Assembly: GCA_951406725.2 (NCBI GenBank)
Contig: OX597828.1
Span: 2,542,001-2,606,000 of the forward strand
Source of the DNA: Octopus vulgaris
Taxonomy: Eukaryota
DNA length: 64,000 bases
Reading direction: 5' to 3'
Both the position numbers and the translations under genes were made by a program. Below, piece by piece: positions 1 to 12,661 of this stretch (its first letter is position 1; each line of letters begins with the position of its first letter). Below the pieces are notes generated by a model. It did not search any database, was not told the DNA's origin, and worked only from the letters and a program-made list of their open reading frames with translations.

Positions 1-265
1 ATGAAACCATGGCGACTGAAGAAGGGGTTTTTTCCTTGTGTTATTTGTCCTGTACTCTATTTTTTTTTTTAAGAAAAATGTCCAGTTCCTTGTGTTTGTG
101 TCTATGTTTTCGTTTCTCATTGTGTTCGACGTTTTTTTGGTGTCCTGTACTCATATATGCATGTATATATACATGTAGAGGTAGGTACGTACATATATGT
201 ATATATATATGCATATGTTTAATTTATTAATATAATATATGACGGAACGCACGCATCCCTTTCTA
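1..265 (+). repeat. Interspersed repeat, same family as the inverted arms at 8808-9098/9435-9745 (truncated by window start)
   Basis: Aligns by eye with 9505-9745 (ctgaagaagggg..ccttgtgttatttgtcctgt..ggtgtcctgtactca..catgtagaggtaggtacg); ends in (TA)n. Confidence 0.75.
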
Positions 266-278
266 AGTAAGATTGTTC

Positions 279-444
<166 letters not shown>

Positions 445-554
445 GGGCTCTCTCGTCGTTAGACGACGTGCGAGGGTTCGACAATTTCTTACCGAACAAT
501 CACACAGATGATTTGTTTATAGTGATCGAACCTTTGTGTAGACATAAACTCACT

Positions 555-730
555 CCCTCCATCAAATCGACATTACCTGTACAGGTGCAACTGGGTGCCA
601 CATATCAGATGTCGAAATAATTGCAGAGCAACGTGAAATGAAGTGCTTTGCTCAAGAACACAACGCAACGCCCGGTGTAGGAATCGAACCCACGATCTCG
701 CAGCCGTGAGTGCAACACCCTAACTTTTAA
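555..730 (-). mobile_element. tRNA-derived SINE (family C, like 27534-27842)
   Basis: B-box GGTTCGATTCC on minus (plus ggaatcgaacc ~680-690) followed by ..ccgggcgttgcgttgtgttcttgagcaaagcacttcatttcac. Confidence 0.7.
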
Positions 731-919
731 GTCATACATGCAAACATAGATAGATAGAAACAAACATAGATATATAGATAGACAGACAGACAGATACATA
801 CATACATACATACATACATACATACATACATACATACATACATACATACATGCATACATACATACATACATACATGCATGCATGCATACATACATACATA
901 CATGTACATACACAGACTG

Positions 920-1325
920 ACACGCATATATGATCGTGTGATAAGAAGTTTCATTCCGCACCACATGGTACCCGTTCTGTTCCACTATGTACGACGTTAA
1001 GCAAGTGTCTTCTACAATAGCCCCGGGCCGACTAAAGCCTTGTGAGTGAATTTGGAAGACGGAAATTGAAAGAAGCCCGTCGTATTAATACGCGCGCGCG
1101 CATGTCATTGTGCTTGTGTTTGCCCTAGCACCACCTCTCGACAACCGTTGTTGGTCTGTTTACGTACCTGTAACTTTGCGGTTTGGTCAAAGTAAGCGAC
1201 AGAATAAGTACCAGTTTATAACAAAATGAATAAGTTCTGGGTTCGATCCTTTCGATTAGAACCCTTCAAGGTGGTGCCCCAGCATGACCGCAGTCCAATG
1301 ACTGAACCCCGAAAAAGATCAAAGG
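920..1325 (+). mobile_element. SINE family A (tRNA-derived head, internal microsatellite; octopus OK/OR-type)
   Basis: Shared core ccacatggttcc..gcaagtgtcttctactatagcc..gaaactgaaagaagcccgtcg and tail ccagcatggccgcagtc..tgactgaaac, seen more than 10 times in the window. Confidence 0.85.
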
Positions 1326-1823
1326 TAAACACATACCGCACTGCTACTCATACACACAAATAAGTAAATATATAGTAAACATGATGCAAGGGAAGTAACT
1401 ATTTATTTTCTCTCAATTACTATTTATCTGAGTCGCTTAAAAGTTGTCTTACTTAAATTCATCTTGAGAAAGTTGCTTCACGAGACAACAATTTAAGAGA
1501 CAAAACATACGACCAGTCATTTAGTATATGACGAACATTTAACGACACACAAACACATGGAGATGTAGAAATCCAGCTTTGAACCTAGAAACATGACTTT
1601 TTAACGCAGCGAAGTGTCTGAGGTTATTAAGCCATTTGTTAATAGTCAATAGCTATCGTTAATAAAGCTATTGATTACCTTTTGTCAGTGGTTAAATGTC
1701 AATTTAATAGTATTCACGGATCGATATGTAGACATATTTAATATCTTTATGATATATTTATTGGCTGCTTATTAAATACTGTTGATGAACAAAGTGTTTG
1801 AGTCTTAATAGTAAAATATTGAT

Positions 1824-2010
1824 ATCAAATTTTGGCACAGAGCAGGCAATTTCGGGGAGGGGTAAGTCGATTACATCGACCCCAGTACTCAACTGGTACT
1901 TATTTTATCGACCCCGAAAGTGGACCTCGGGAGAATCTGAACTCAGAACGTGAAGTTAGCTGCTAAGTAATTCGTCCGGCGTGCTAACGTTTCTGCTAGC
2001 TCGCCGCCTT
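1824..2010 (-). mobile_element. SINE family B (Meta/MESC-like central domain)
   Basis: Reverse complement of ggcgagctggcagaa..gagttcaaattc..tttcggggtcgataaaataagtaccagttgagtactggggtcgat. Confidence 0.85.
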
Positions 2011-2731
2011 TAATAGTGAAATATTGATTACTTTTTGACTGGTTTCCGTCCTTCGGCTGGGGCTTATTTTAAAAAAGATGTTTTTTTGGAAAAAGACTTA
2101 ATAAATGATTGATTATTGCTAATTAACTGAATATGTCAGATTGCTGCTGTCTAAATAACATTAAAGTGATAATGTAATTGCGTTAATTGATCATTGATTA
2201 AATAATCTTGGTATCCTTTAACCTAAACATAAATGTTTTATGTGTTAGAAAAGGAAGCGTGTATTGTGGCGTTCATGTCCCTCTATAATAAAATGAATTT
2301 TAATGAACTTTAATTTGCGCCCCCTTTCAGCACTTACAGACATTGTGATTAATGGATATCTTGTGATTACACTGATTATCAACTTATAATTAAATGTTGT
2401 TCCTGGACAATCTATAAGACATTACAAGTAAAATATTGATTTTTTTTCTTTTACATTGGTTCAAGGCCTTAAATTTGTAAGAGATGTATAGTTATTTTAA
2501 TAGACTCCAGAAAAAAAATGAAACACAAAGATTATCCTTGCTGTATTATCCTTAGAATATAGAACGGTTAACTAAACAATATAAGTATTCCTTTGTGATC
2601 TGAAATTGTTTATAAAATAGTCTTTCACGATTGGTTAGCCCCATAAAATATAAAGAATTCTTAACTTGTCACCAAAGCAACATAATGTTACAAACAGACT
2701 CTTTGCAATTATTACTTCACTTCATCTAGAG

Positions 2732-3029
2732 CAATATTTCTCAACCGGGATCCATGTAAGATTTTTGGGATTCCACACAAGCAACATTGCGTCCACAATA
2801 GTATTTTATGGATCCAATGAAAATCTTTTGCCTTTGGTGTATTTATTACAGGAAACAGGTTTCTCTCTCTGACGTTTTACGTAGTTCAGCCTACACCAGG
2901 GGATGTATGATAAACAAAACAGTCTCCATGAAATTGGTTTTTAAACATCGAATGGCAAGGAGGGTTCCATCAGAATAAAATATTAATCAAAGGGGGCCCT
3001 AGACAAAACAAAATGTTTGGGAATCGTGG
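2732..3029. mobile_element. Degenerate hAT (Charlie-like) MITE
   Basis: Left end caatatttctcaacc, right end gtttgggaatcgtgg (9/15 inverted match); flanks atctagag / atatagag (7/8 TSD resembling the Charlie nTCTAGAn target). Confidence 0.45.
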
Positions 3030-3840
3030 ATATAGAGGAAAACAAGTACCACATAAAGTTATATTTCAGTTCCTTCAGGAATAATAGATAAGTGTTCTGT
3101 TAGTTTAGTGCGAGGACTAAACGCTTTCATGAACAAAATCTGAAAAAGACTTGTGATCTTATGCAATTAAAAAATATCTGTCGACTACTGAACCTTGAAG
3201 ACTTGCACAAACTCCGGCAGGCTTCGATACTTGGTAAGAAGATGGATGGAAAAAGAAAACCTGACCTGTTGTGAAAACATTAACGAGCATAACTAAACAT
3301 CCTTTTTAAAAATAATTATGAACTGTTGATTGTGTATAATTCATGTTTCATTAAAAATTGTTAAATAAAAGATGACTGAATATTGTAAATGAATTGTATA
3401 CTATATTTTATTAATGAATTGAAAATCAAAAATTATCAGGGTTCTAAAGATTAAAATGTTTTGAATGACACAACAATGCACCATAATACAAATGCATTGT
3501 TGTGTTCTTCAAAATATTTTTTTTACAAACAATACGCGATGCTTCAAGCGAACTACAATACTCTGCTATTAAGGAACTGCTTATTGTTAATAAATTATTA
3601 TGCCGGCTGAATTTTGATTATATATATTAATGAAACACAGACAACACACAGGTGCTCAATATAGAAAACACGTAGCAGAGCCCAAATGATTTGAATTTAC
3701 ACCCCGAAAATCTTTAACGAGGACTATTCCGCGGGGTAAAGAATGGCTATAAGAGGAATCCAGGGGAGTGGATGTGGAGATAACCATGCAAATAAACACG
3801 CTTGGGTTTGCTAAATAAAAAATATATACATGCATACATT

Positions 3841-3903
<63 letters not shown>

Positions 3904-4198
3904 CGTCAGAAACAAAAAGTGAGAATATTCAGATGAACACTCGTGTATAGGAGTGTGAATGTTAATATATTTACAGAACAAATTTACATGGAGTAAAAAT
4001 GAATACCGAAAACTGGCGGGAGAGGGCATCGTATATGAGGTCTGACCGCTGCTTCTGGGGGATCGGGTTACGTAATAGTTATAACCGTTGGAGTGTGCAA
4101 AAAGTCAAGGATATGCAGCCAGTAGTGGATGAATATAAACAGATTGGTGAGTTGCCAATCTTTCCACCCTGAAGACGGAAGCTGGCTTTATGGTAATG

Positions 4199-4212
4199 TA
4201 TTATTATTATTA

Positions 4213-4274
<62 letters not shown>

Positions 4275-4300
4275 GTTGTTGTTGTTGTTGTTGTTGTTAT
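4199..4300. repeat. (TTA)n-(TTG)n microsatellite
   Basis: Direct reading. Confidence 0.97.
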
Positions 4301-5767
4301 TTTGTTACCGTACTAATTTAGGTTAGATATGATATGAAAATATTTGGTATGGCAACCAACGTTTCAGGTGTCAATCTCACCGTGCCGCTCAAACTTTCAT
4401 TTAACACTTCACAGTGACACCACGATAAAAACGATCCTGTGGTGCCGAGAAGCAGTTTTATTCCCCTTCAAAATCATATATTTATTAGAATTATAAGTCT
4501 TGTTTGGTATAGTAATTATTTTTAATACACATGCCCAGTTGCTAGGTTCATGTTGCAGAAAATACAGTTTCTTTTATTAAAAACTTAAGGATACACTTAT
4601 ACAAGAATCAAAGATGATACAGAACAATTTATTCTCACAGTATATTACTGGTGCATACTTTCGTGCCATTTCAACACTGGCCTCCAGAGATGAAGATAAA
4701 GTAAACTTACGAAGCACTAAACAGCCATGATTCCGTCTCTGTAAGAACCAAAGTAGATACTCTATATTGAACAAGAATCAATAACGATATTAAAATACGA
4801 CTCCGTTAAAAATGGTTGGGAAAGGAAAACGATAGCTGTTTAGTGCAGATAAATGTACGCTATTCACCAGGCTAACCAAGTGATCACTTTAGGGCACTAA
4901 TATCTCGGCAGGGGGTGGGTGGGAGCGACACAAGTTCTCAAACAAAATATCATAATCTTCCAAAAAGTACTAAATCTCAGTGATAAAGAGAAAACAGGAA
5001 GTCACTTTCAGAACGGAGGATGACGAAGGATAGAGTTGGGGGTGGAGCGAGATGAGAGGATTGTGTAGTGTTATGACCTGTCGCATGGTTTATTGTGAAC
5101 CATTTCAAATTTTGCACGGTGACAGATTATTCTGTGACATAGATTTCTTGTGTTCAACTGTATTTTTCAGCTGGTGTCAAGAGGGTGAAGTCTCGAGGAA
5201 TTTGTAGAAAAAAAAACTTCTTAAAGGGACGCGTAACGTAGAGCTTCAAATAAAAGAGGCACTCATTCTAGGGATGGAAGAAGGAGACACACATTGTATC
5301 GATAGGGAAAGGAAGCATATATTCTAGGACTGGCCAAAAGTGCTCAATATCTTGGCGTCAACCTTACTTCTGGCTCCACACTGTGTTTCACATTAAAAAG
5401 AGAAAAAAACTTAAAATTTCGTTTATTCTAATTGAATATTTTTATGCAGTTAGTAGCATTGTTCCTTCAAGCCTTCAGTCTTTCAACGGACAACAGAAAT
5501 CAATCTATCTTTATGAAATTAATGCGGTATTTGAATATTGACTACTTATTGGTTTCTAAGTTGAGCAAATAGAAATAAACATGCTTTGTTGAGGAAGAAC
5601 ATAACTAACTGAATCGATATATATTTCTAACAGTCATATACTGCGATCCAGAGAGATGAAAGAAAAGGTCGACCCAGACAGGATTTGTACAAAAATTACG
5701 TATCTCAAAAAAGTATTGTGAAGCCTTCTGACTAGAACACAAATGTTTCACTGATTTCCCATCGGCC

Positions 5768-5978
5768 TTTCAAATTTTGGTACAAAGCCAGCAATTTCAG
5801 AGGAAGGACTAAGTTGATTAAATCGATCCCAGTGATCAGCTGGTACTTATTTTATCGACTCCGAAAGGATGAAAGGCACAGTAGACCCCAGCGGCATTTG
5901 AAACCAGAACGTGAAGGCAGACAAAATGTTTCTAAGCATTTTGACCGTCGTGCTAACGATTCTGCCAGCTGTCGCCTT
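5768..5978 (-). mobile_element. SINE family B
   Basis: ctggtacttattttatcgac..gaaaggatgaaaggc..gctaacgattctgccagct. Confidence 0.85.
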
Positions 5979-6539
5979 CTATCGCCCTAATATTAATCTA
6001 TATTCTATAGACATTGATCTTCTGTTGATTTCTTAGAAGTTTATAGGGAAGTGTTACACCTGTATGTATAAATTAGAAATTTATAGGGAAGTGGTTACAC
6101 CTGTATGAATTAAACGAGTATCATGCATCGATGGAAGCTGAAAAGCTGTGAGTTTGTAAAACTAAGATAAAAATGTTCTCGATATAAAGGGAATATGAAA
6201 ACATAAAGTAAAAGTTCAGACTGTTATGGTATATTGTGAATCAATTCAGCAGTAGTATTGGATAGTAAGTGGTAAAAAATATGAGGATAAAAAAAATATT
6301 GTAACTTAATTCTAGCAAGTTGATTGGCAGTTAGGAATGACTGTATTTCCATGTGGATGGGAAACAAAGAAAAGGTCAGAAAAAATTTCCGTGGGGCAAT
6401 TACTTAAGTTCTTCCGTTGAAAAGAAAGATAATGAGTTCAGTGAAGGTCAAAATAAGGTTTGGATGGATCTTACTATTTCAACGTTTAAATGTCTCTCTC
6501 TTTCCCTCACTTACCTCTCTCTCGCGCGCGCACACGCAC

Positions 6540-6619
<80 letters not shown>

Positions 6620-6639
6620 CTGCCAGTGTTTTGAGCCTG

Positions 6640-7220
6640 GATGTTAATGAGCGTGGATAAAGCTTTGCTCATGTTTTCTGGCGAAATAAGGTATTAATAA
6701 TAACACTTAACGAGAAAAAGTGTCCCCGTTGGCGTTGGCCCTGCCAATTCCTTCTTTTGCGATGGTTCTGGTTCAGAGTCTCTGATCTCTCCCAACTCTG
6801 GCATTGAAGTTGCCAAGTAGTACAATCTTGTCTTCTTTTGGAGTGGAAATGAGTACTTCATCGAACTGAGCATAGAATTTTTCCTTCACGCCATCTTCAG
6901 CGTCCAAAGTTGGAGAATAAGCATTGAAGATGGTGGCATGTTGATTTCTGTCGAGTATAAACCTCAGTCTCATAAGCCGTTCATTCATTCTGAGAGGTTG
7001 CTTCGTCAGTTTCCGAAGCAGGCTGTTTCGGATAACAAAACCCACACCATAACTCCAAGTTGTTTAGGTTCAAAACATTTTCAAAAGAAGATGTATCAGC
7101 GGCGTTCCTTTTTGAGTTGTCCCTCTTTTGCTCTTCTGGTCTCATTCAGAGTAACAAGGTCAAAGTCGAACTTTTGAAGTTCATGAGCGACAAAGGCATT
7201 TCTTTCAGATCAGTCCAAGA
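6640..7220 (-). pseudogene. RTE-clade (BovB-like) LINE fragment, APE endonuclease region
   Basis: ORF 6773-7045: GFVIRN..NERLMRLR..ATIFNAYSPTLDAED..KEKFY..KIVLLGNFNARVGRD matches RTE APE motifs (YAPT, LGDFNARVG). Confidence 0.85.
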
Positions 7221-7424
7221 GAAATAAAATTTTTAAAAAAACTCAGAGAAAGTAAAACTCTGCTGTCTCATTAATTTTTCTGTCGCCACCTTTTTTCCTG
7301 AAAAAAGAATTGTCCAAAACGCTGGGTTTTCCTCTTCGCACGGCAAGTTCACTTTTTATTCAATTTAGTAAATAATTTTGCCGACGCAGACCAGCACGCA
7401 ATCTGTTTGGAGTCTATATGCATG

Positions 7425-7470
<46 letters not shown>

Positions 7471-7492
7471 TATATAGGCGCAGTCTATGTGC

Positions 7493-7545
<53 letters not shown>

Positions 7546-7589
7546 TATATATAGGCGCAGTCTATGTGCATGTATATATACATATATAT

Positions 7590-7740
7590 AGGCGCAGGAG
7601 TAGCTTGGTTACCAACCACATGGTTCCGGGTTCATTCCCACTGCGTAACACATTGGGCAAGTGTCTTCTACTATAGCCTCAGGCAGACCAAAGACTTATG
7701 AGTGGATTTTGTAGACGGAAACTGAAAGAAGCCCGTCGTA
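7590..7740 (+). mobile_element. SINE family A, 5' half
   Basis: ggcgcaggag..accaaccacatggttccgggttca..gaaagaagcccgtcg. Confidence 0.85.
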
Positions 7741-8180
7741 TATATATATATGTATGTATGTATATGTATGTGTGTGTGTGTACATGCATATATAAATTCT
7801 TGATCTTCCTTAGAATTTTGGTTCTTGAAACTATCTCTCCTTCTCATATGGATCTGGTTTTAATAGCCATCTTGTAACTATGACACATCCTCTGTAGACG
7901 GAAATAATCTTAATAAATCACGAATCTGATATACATGTATTTGCAAATGTCATCCAAATACATTCCACTGGCCATTTCTTAACTTACGCTTATTTTCGTG
8001 CACGCGCGCGTCCGTGTGAGTGTGTTGTGTGAGTGGATTTGGTTGACTGAAACTGAAAGAAGCCCATCATGTACATATGTGTGTGTATCTATCTGTGAGT
8101 GTCTTTATGTCTGTGTTTACAACCAGTATTAGTTTGTTTATGTCCCTGTAACCTAATGACTGGAACAAGTAAAAGAAATA

Positions 8181-8600
8181 TAGGAGCGCTGGAATGGTTG
8201 TGTGGTGTGAAGCTTGCTTCCCAACCACGTGGTTCCGGGATCAGTCCCGCTGCGTGACACCTTGGGCAAGTGTCTTCTGCTATAGCCTCGGACCGACCAA
8301 AGCCTTGTGAGTGGATTTGGTAGAGGGACACTGAAAGAAGCTCGTCGAATATATATGTATATAAACCTACGTATGTGTTACCTATGTGTGTGTGTTTGTG
8401 TTTGTCTCCCCCCCTCAATCACCACTTGAATACCGGTATTTGCTGCGTTAACGTCCCCGCAACTTAGCGGTTCGGCAAAGGACCAAGAGAATAAGTACCA
8501 GGCTTAAAATATAAGTACTTGGGTCGATTCGTTCGATTAAAACTTCAAGGCGGTGCCTCATCATGGCTGCAGTCTAATGACTAGAATAAGTAAAAGGTGA
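8181..8600 (+). mobile_element. SINE family A, full length
   Basis: Head, core and tail all present. Confidence 0.85.
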
Positions 8601-8677
8601 AGTTTAATAAAGTATGTGATTGAGTATTATCTGGTAATTGATATTTGATTTAGATGTATTTCTCCATTTTCTTATCT

Positions 8678-8744
<67 letters not shown>

Positions 8745-8749
<5 letters not shown>

Positions 8750-9740
8750 CATACTGGGAGAAAGGAAAGAAACGAAAGGATACGACGCGAGGGCGCTCAG
8801 TCATACAATAATGTAATAAATAAAATATATGCATACATACATATATGTACGTACCTACATCTACATGTATATATACATGCATATATAAATATATATATGT
8901 GAGTACAGGACACCACAAATAGACGTAGAACTCAACGAGAAACGAAAACATAAAAACAAGGAAACGAAAAAACAGAACACAGGACAAACAACACAAAGAA
9001 CATTCCCCTTCACCAGCTGTCCCCGGTTCGACTCCATGCGTGTTTCGAAGATAAGGACAGGACACGCTCGTCGGACTGGTCCTTCCTGCGAGGGAATTAA
9101 ATAAAATTCCCTTGCAGAGGGGTAAAAACAAGGAAAGAAAAAAATGTGACAAGAACAGGACGTAAAAGCAATACAAATAAAAATACGAATACAAAATAAA
9201 AATACAAATATAAAAAAATACAGTACACATAAAGAATAAAAACAGGACAAAAAAAAACAAACATTGAAGGCCTTTTTTAACCTAGACGAGGAAAAAAAAT
9301 TCAGAGCACAGGAATAAGTCGTCTTGACTTGTAGCAGGCTGGAGTGCAAAGGAAGTAAGATCGGCTCAGCCGTGAGGGAGATGAGGAGTGAGAGAGAGAG
9401 AGATAGAGAGGAAAGGAAACCAGAAAAGGGGAAAAATTCCATCGCAGGAAGGACCGGTCCGACGAGCGTGTCCTGTCCTTACCTTCGAAACACGCATGGA
9501 GTCGAACCGGGGACAGCTGATGAAGAGGAATGTTCCTTGTGTTGTTTGTCCTGTGTTCTGTTTTTTCGTTGTTAAAAAAAGCCCGTTCCCTTGTTTTTAT
9601 GTTTCGTTTCTCGTTGAGTTCTACGTCTATTTGTGGTGTCCTGTACTCACATATATATATTTATATATGCATGTATATATACATGTAGATGTAGGTACGC
9701 ACATATATGTATGTATGTATGCACATAATTTATTTATTAC

Positions 9741-9745
<5 letters not shown>
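8745..9745. repeat. TA-flanked element with ~290-310 bp inverted arms (8808-9098 and 9435-9745) and a central GA-rich spacer
   Basis: Arms are reverse complements with few differences; (TA)n on both outer sides. Confidence 0.85.
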
Positions 9746-9784
<39 letters not shown>

Positions 9785-9785
<1 letters not shown>

Positions 9786-10239
9786 TAAAAACACAGAAAA
9801 TCGCCAACTCCTCTTCAGTTATCAACCAGAAGGTCAAGTGCAATTTCGGCCATAATCGATAATATCACTTCCGCTCTGGAGGCACCGGCAAGAAAGTTGC
9901 CGGGAACAGGATCAAAACATAACAACACGAGACCGTTTGTGAACGGTCGAGGGAGAAAACAATAAACAAAATAAAGGCTTAGCGCCATGCGAAAACAACA
10001 ATTAAAATGATAATAATACATACACAGCAACAAAAAAAAGGCCTTAAGGTTGCAAGACAAGACAAAAATGGATAACGCAAAGGAGAAATGAAAACTGTCC
10101 TAAAGGACTATAAACACGGGAAGGGTAGAGCGAGATGCTCAGAAAATCGTGACCAGTCCGGTCGAAGGCAACGTGAAAAAGAATGACACCGTCTTAGGCC
10201 GTCACAGATCACGTGATAATGGGAGGGGGTAACAGAGAA

Positions 10240-10271
<32 letters not shown>

Positions 10272-10560
10272 TAAGAGAGAGAGAGAGAGAAAGGAAATTA
10301 AGAGAAGCGAGGAGCTCAGAAAATCGTGGCCAGTCCGGTCAAAGATCATGTGATAGTGGTACCCCTACCGTGTTTATAGTCCTTTAGGACAGTCTTCATT
10401 TCTCCTTCGCGTTACCCATTTTTGTCTTGTCTTGCAGCCCTTAGGCTTATTACTATTATTTCTTTTTTTTTTTACTGTATATGTATTACAACCCGACGTA
10501 CCCGGTAATTTCCGGGAAAGCGGGGCTTTTCCCTTGGTTCCATTCTCATAATTGTTTCGT
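9785..10560. repeat. Second inverted-arm element (~10020-10127 vs ~10360-10480) with central (GA)n and a short direct duplication
   Basis: ttgcaagacaagacaaaaatgg..gtcctaaaggactataaacacgg vs ccgtgtttatagtcctttaggac..ccatttttgtcttgtcttgca; gctcagaaaatcgtgrccagtccggtc occurs at ~10137 and ~10314. Confidence 0.7.
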
Positions 10561-10740
10561 ATTATCCCAGTGTAAGTCCACATCAGCAGTTAATATACGG
10601 AATTTAAAACACTAAAGTTTGATTTTCATCTGTTCTCTTTTGTTTCTTAATACCTTGTGGTGTTTAATTGTGTTCCCTACGTTTCGAGTTGAAAGAATCC
10701 GAAATGACTTTTGCTTGTCATTCCTGGAAGTTGATAAAAC

Positions 10741-11468
10741 GGATCTTTTTTTTTTGAACGGCAGTTTTCAACACAATTTCTAGTTAATTAAACACTTTTA
10801 AACTTCGTATACTGGTAGAATGTGTCAAAATAAAGCATTTTTTTCTCTTGGCTTTCTTGAGAAAATTGTAATTTGTAAGTTTAACGTAGTTTAATTTTTC
10901 GAATTTTAATCAATTATTGCCTCTATTGAGCTAAGATCATTTGCTGCGTCTAAAACTGAGACAACATCCTGTCACTAACCCTAACCCTCACCCTCACCCT
11001 AACCCTAAATTTTAGCCTTTCGGTTTTTTTTTCTTAATTGTTAAATTAATTTAATTGTTACGCGTGTGTCTAAAATTATTCGTTTTGTTTTTGTTTTGAG
11101 TTTTTGCTTTCGTTTTAGCCTTTCGGTTTTTTTTTCTTAATTGTTATCCTTAAATTAATTTAACAATTAAGAAAAATAAACGAAAGGCTAAAATTTGGGG
11201 TTAGGGTTAGGGTGAGGGTGAAGGTTAGGGTTAGTGACAGGATGTTGTCTCAGTTTTAGACGCAGCAAATGATTTTAGCTCAATAGAGGCAATTGATTGG
11301 TTAAAATTCGAAAAATTAAACTACGTTAAACTTACAAATTACAATTTTCTCAAGAAAGCCAAGAGAAAAAATGTTTTATTTTGACACATTCTACCAGTAT
11401 ACGAAGTTTAAATGTGTTTAGTTAGCTAGAAATTGTGTTGAAAACCGCCGTTCAAAAGGAAAAGATCC
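10741..11468. mobile_element. Foldback non-autonomous DNA transposon (Merlin-like: GG..CC ends, 8-bp TSD) containing CCCTAA/TTAGGG arrays
   Basis: Ends GGATCTTTT..AAAAGATCC; perfect TSD gataaaac (10733-10740, 11469-11476); ~310 bp inverted arms; telomeric-like tracts ~10975-11008 and ~11197-11234. Confidence 0.9.
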
Positions 11469-12052
11469 GATAAAACCAGTACCAATGAAGTATTGAAAGA
11501 TGAATACACTCAACTGCTCCACTTCTCACTCAGTTAAAACAGAAATCAATAACGAAGTGATATGTCTTTGTACGGCAGTCAATATAAAGCGATAGTAGCG
11601 AGCAACAAAAGCAAGGGCCACATTAAATAGATAAGTTCGTGCCAAACTAAATCAAGGATCTAGCTTCCATTCATAGCTATAGCGTTTTCATTTGATTTAG
11701 TATGGAATACCAAGTGAGAAAAGTGTGAATGTCACACAATCTGATAGAATTCACAAATTTACATTCTTCTATAAACTTTATAAACTAATGTGAGCGTAAC
11801 GAAATCAATAATGAAGGAATATATGGAACTACCATGATGTCATTGACATATCTAATTACTATTGAAGCTTCACGGAATATATCCTCATACATAAAGTTAT
11901 GCATTTATAACTGTAAACTTCTAATGAAAAGATGAAACTAAAATGGGATTTTTAAAAATTCAATTAACAGCTTTTGCATCAACAATTCGTCCTAAACAAA
12001 TCAATGAAAGGTATAAAATATATTATTCACACAGATAATTATATACTTGATA

Positions 12053-12265
12053 ATCCTTTCTAATGTAGGTACAAGGCCTGAAAATTTGGGGGAGGGACAA
12101 TCGTTACATCGACCCCAGTGCATAACTGATACTTATTTCATCGACCCCGAAGGATGAAAGGCAAAGTGGACCTCAGCGGAATTTGAACTCAGAACATAAA
12201 GACGGGCGAAATACCGCTAGGCAGCTCGTCCAGCGTGCTAACGATTCTGCCGGCTCGCTACCTTA
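12053..12265 (-). mobile_element. SINE family B
   Basis: Same core as other family B copies. Confidence 0.85.
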
Positions 12266-12602
12266 TATATGCTTATAATACATAATGAGCTTGCTAAGTC
12301 ATTTCGATTTTTAGTTATGTTCTTGATTACAAGGTTAGGAATTATCTACGAGTTCGGCAAATTCTTTGTCTTGTCATCAATGATAAACAGCGTTATGGCA
12401 ACCAATTGAAAATATTTATTGTCCACAATCAATGTTGCGAAAACAACAACAACAACAAAAAAAAAAGAAAAATGAGAAAAGAAAAAATGTTTGTTGATGG
12501 GAGAGGGTCCGGAGACAGTTGTGTTCGTAGTGATGGAGATAAAAGCTTAAAATCAATTGTATTTTGTATTTTAATATTTTTTTGTGAAATAGAAACATAA
12601 AT

Positions 12603-12661
<59 letters not shown>

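Noticed and set aside
4711-4738. Possible minus-strand micro-exons (4711-4738; ~20064-20118) and a plus-strand one (13777-13846)
   Set aside because: Good splice signals but unrecognisable peptides and inconsistent strands; chance-level evidence
6033-6107. ~35-bp direct duplication (ttagaa.tttatagggaagtg..ttacacctgtatg x2)
   Set aside because: Ordinary local slippage duplication with no further structure
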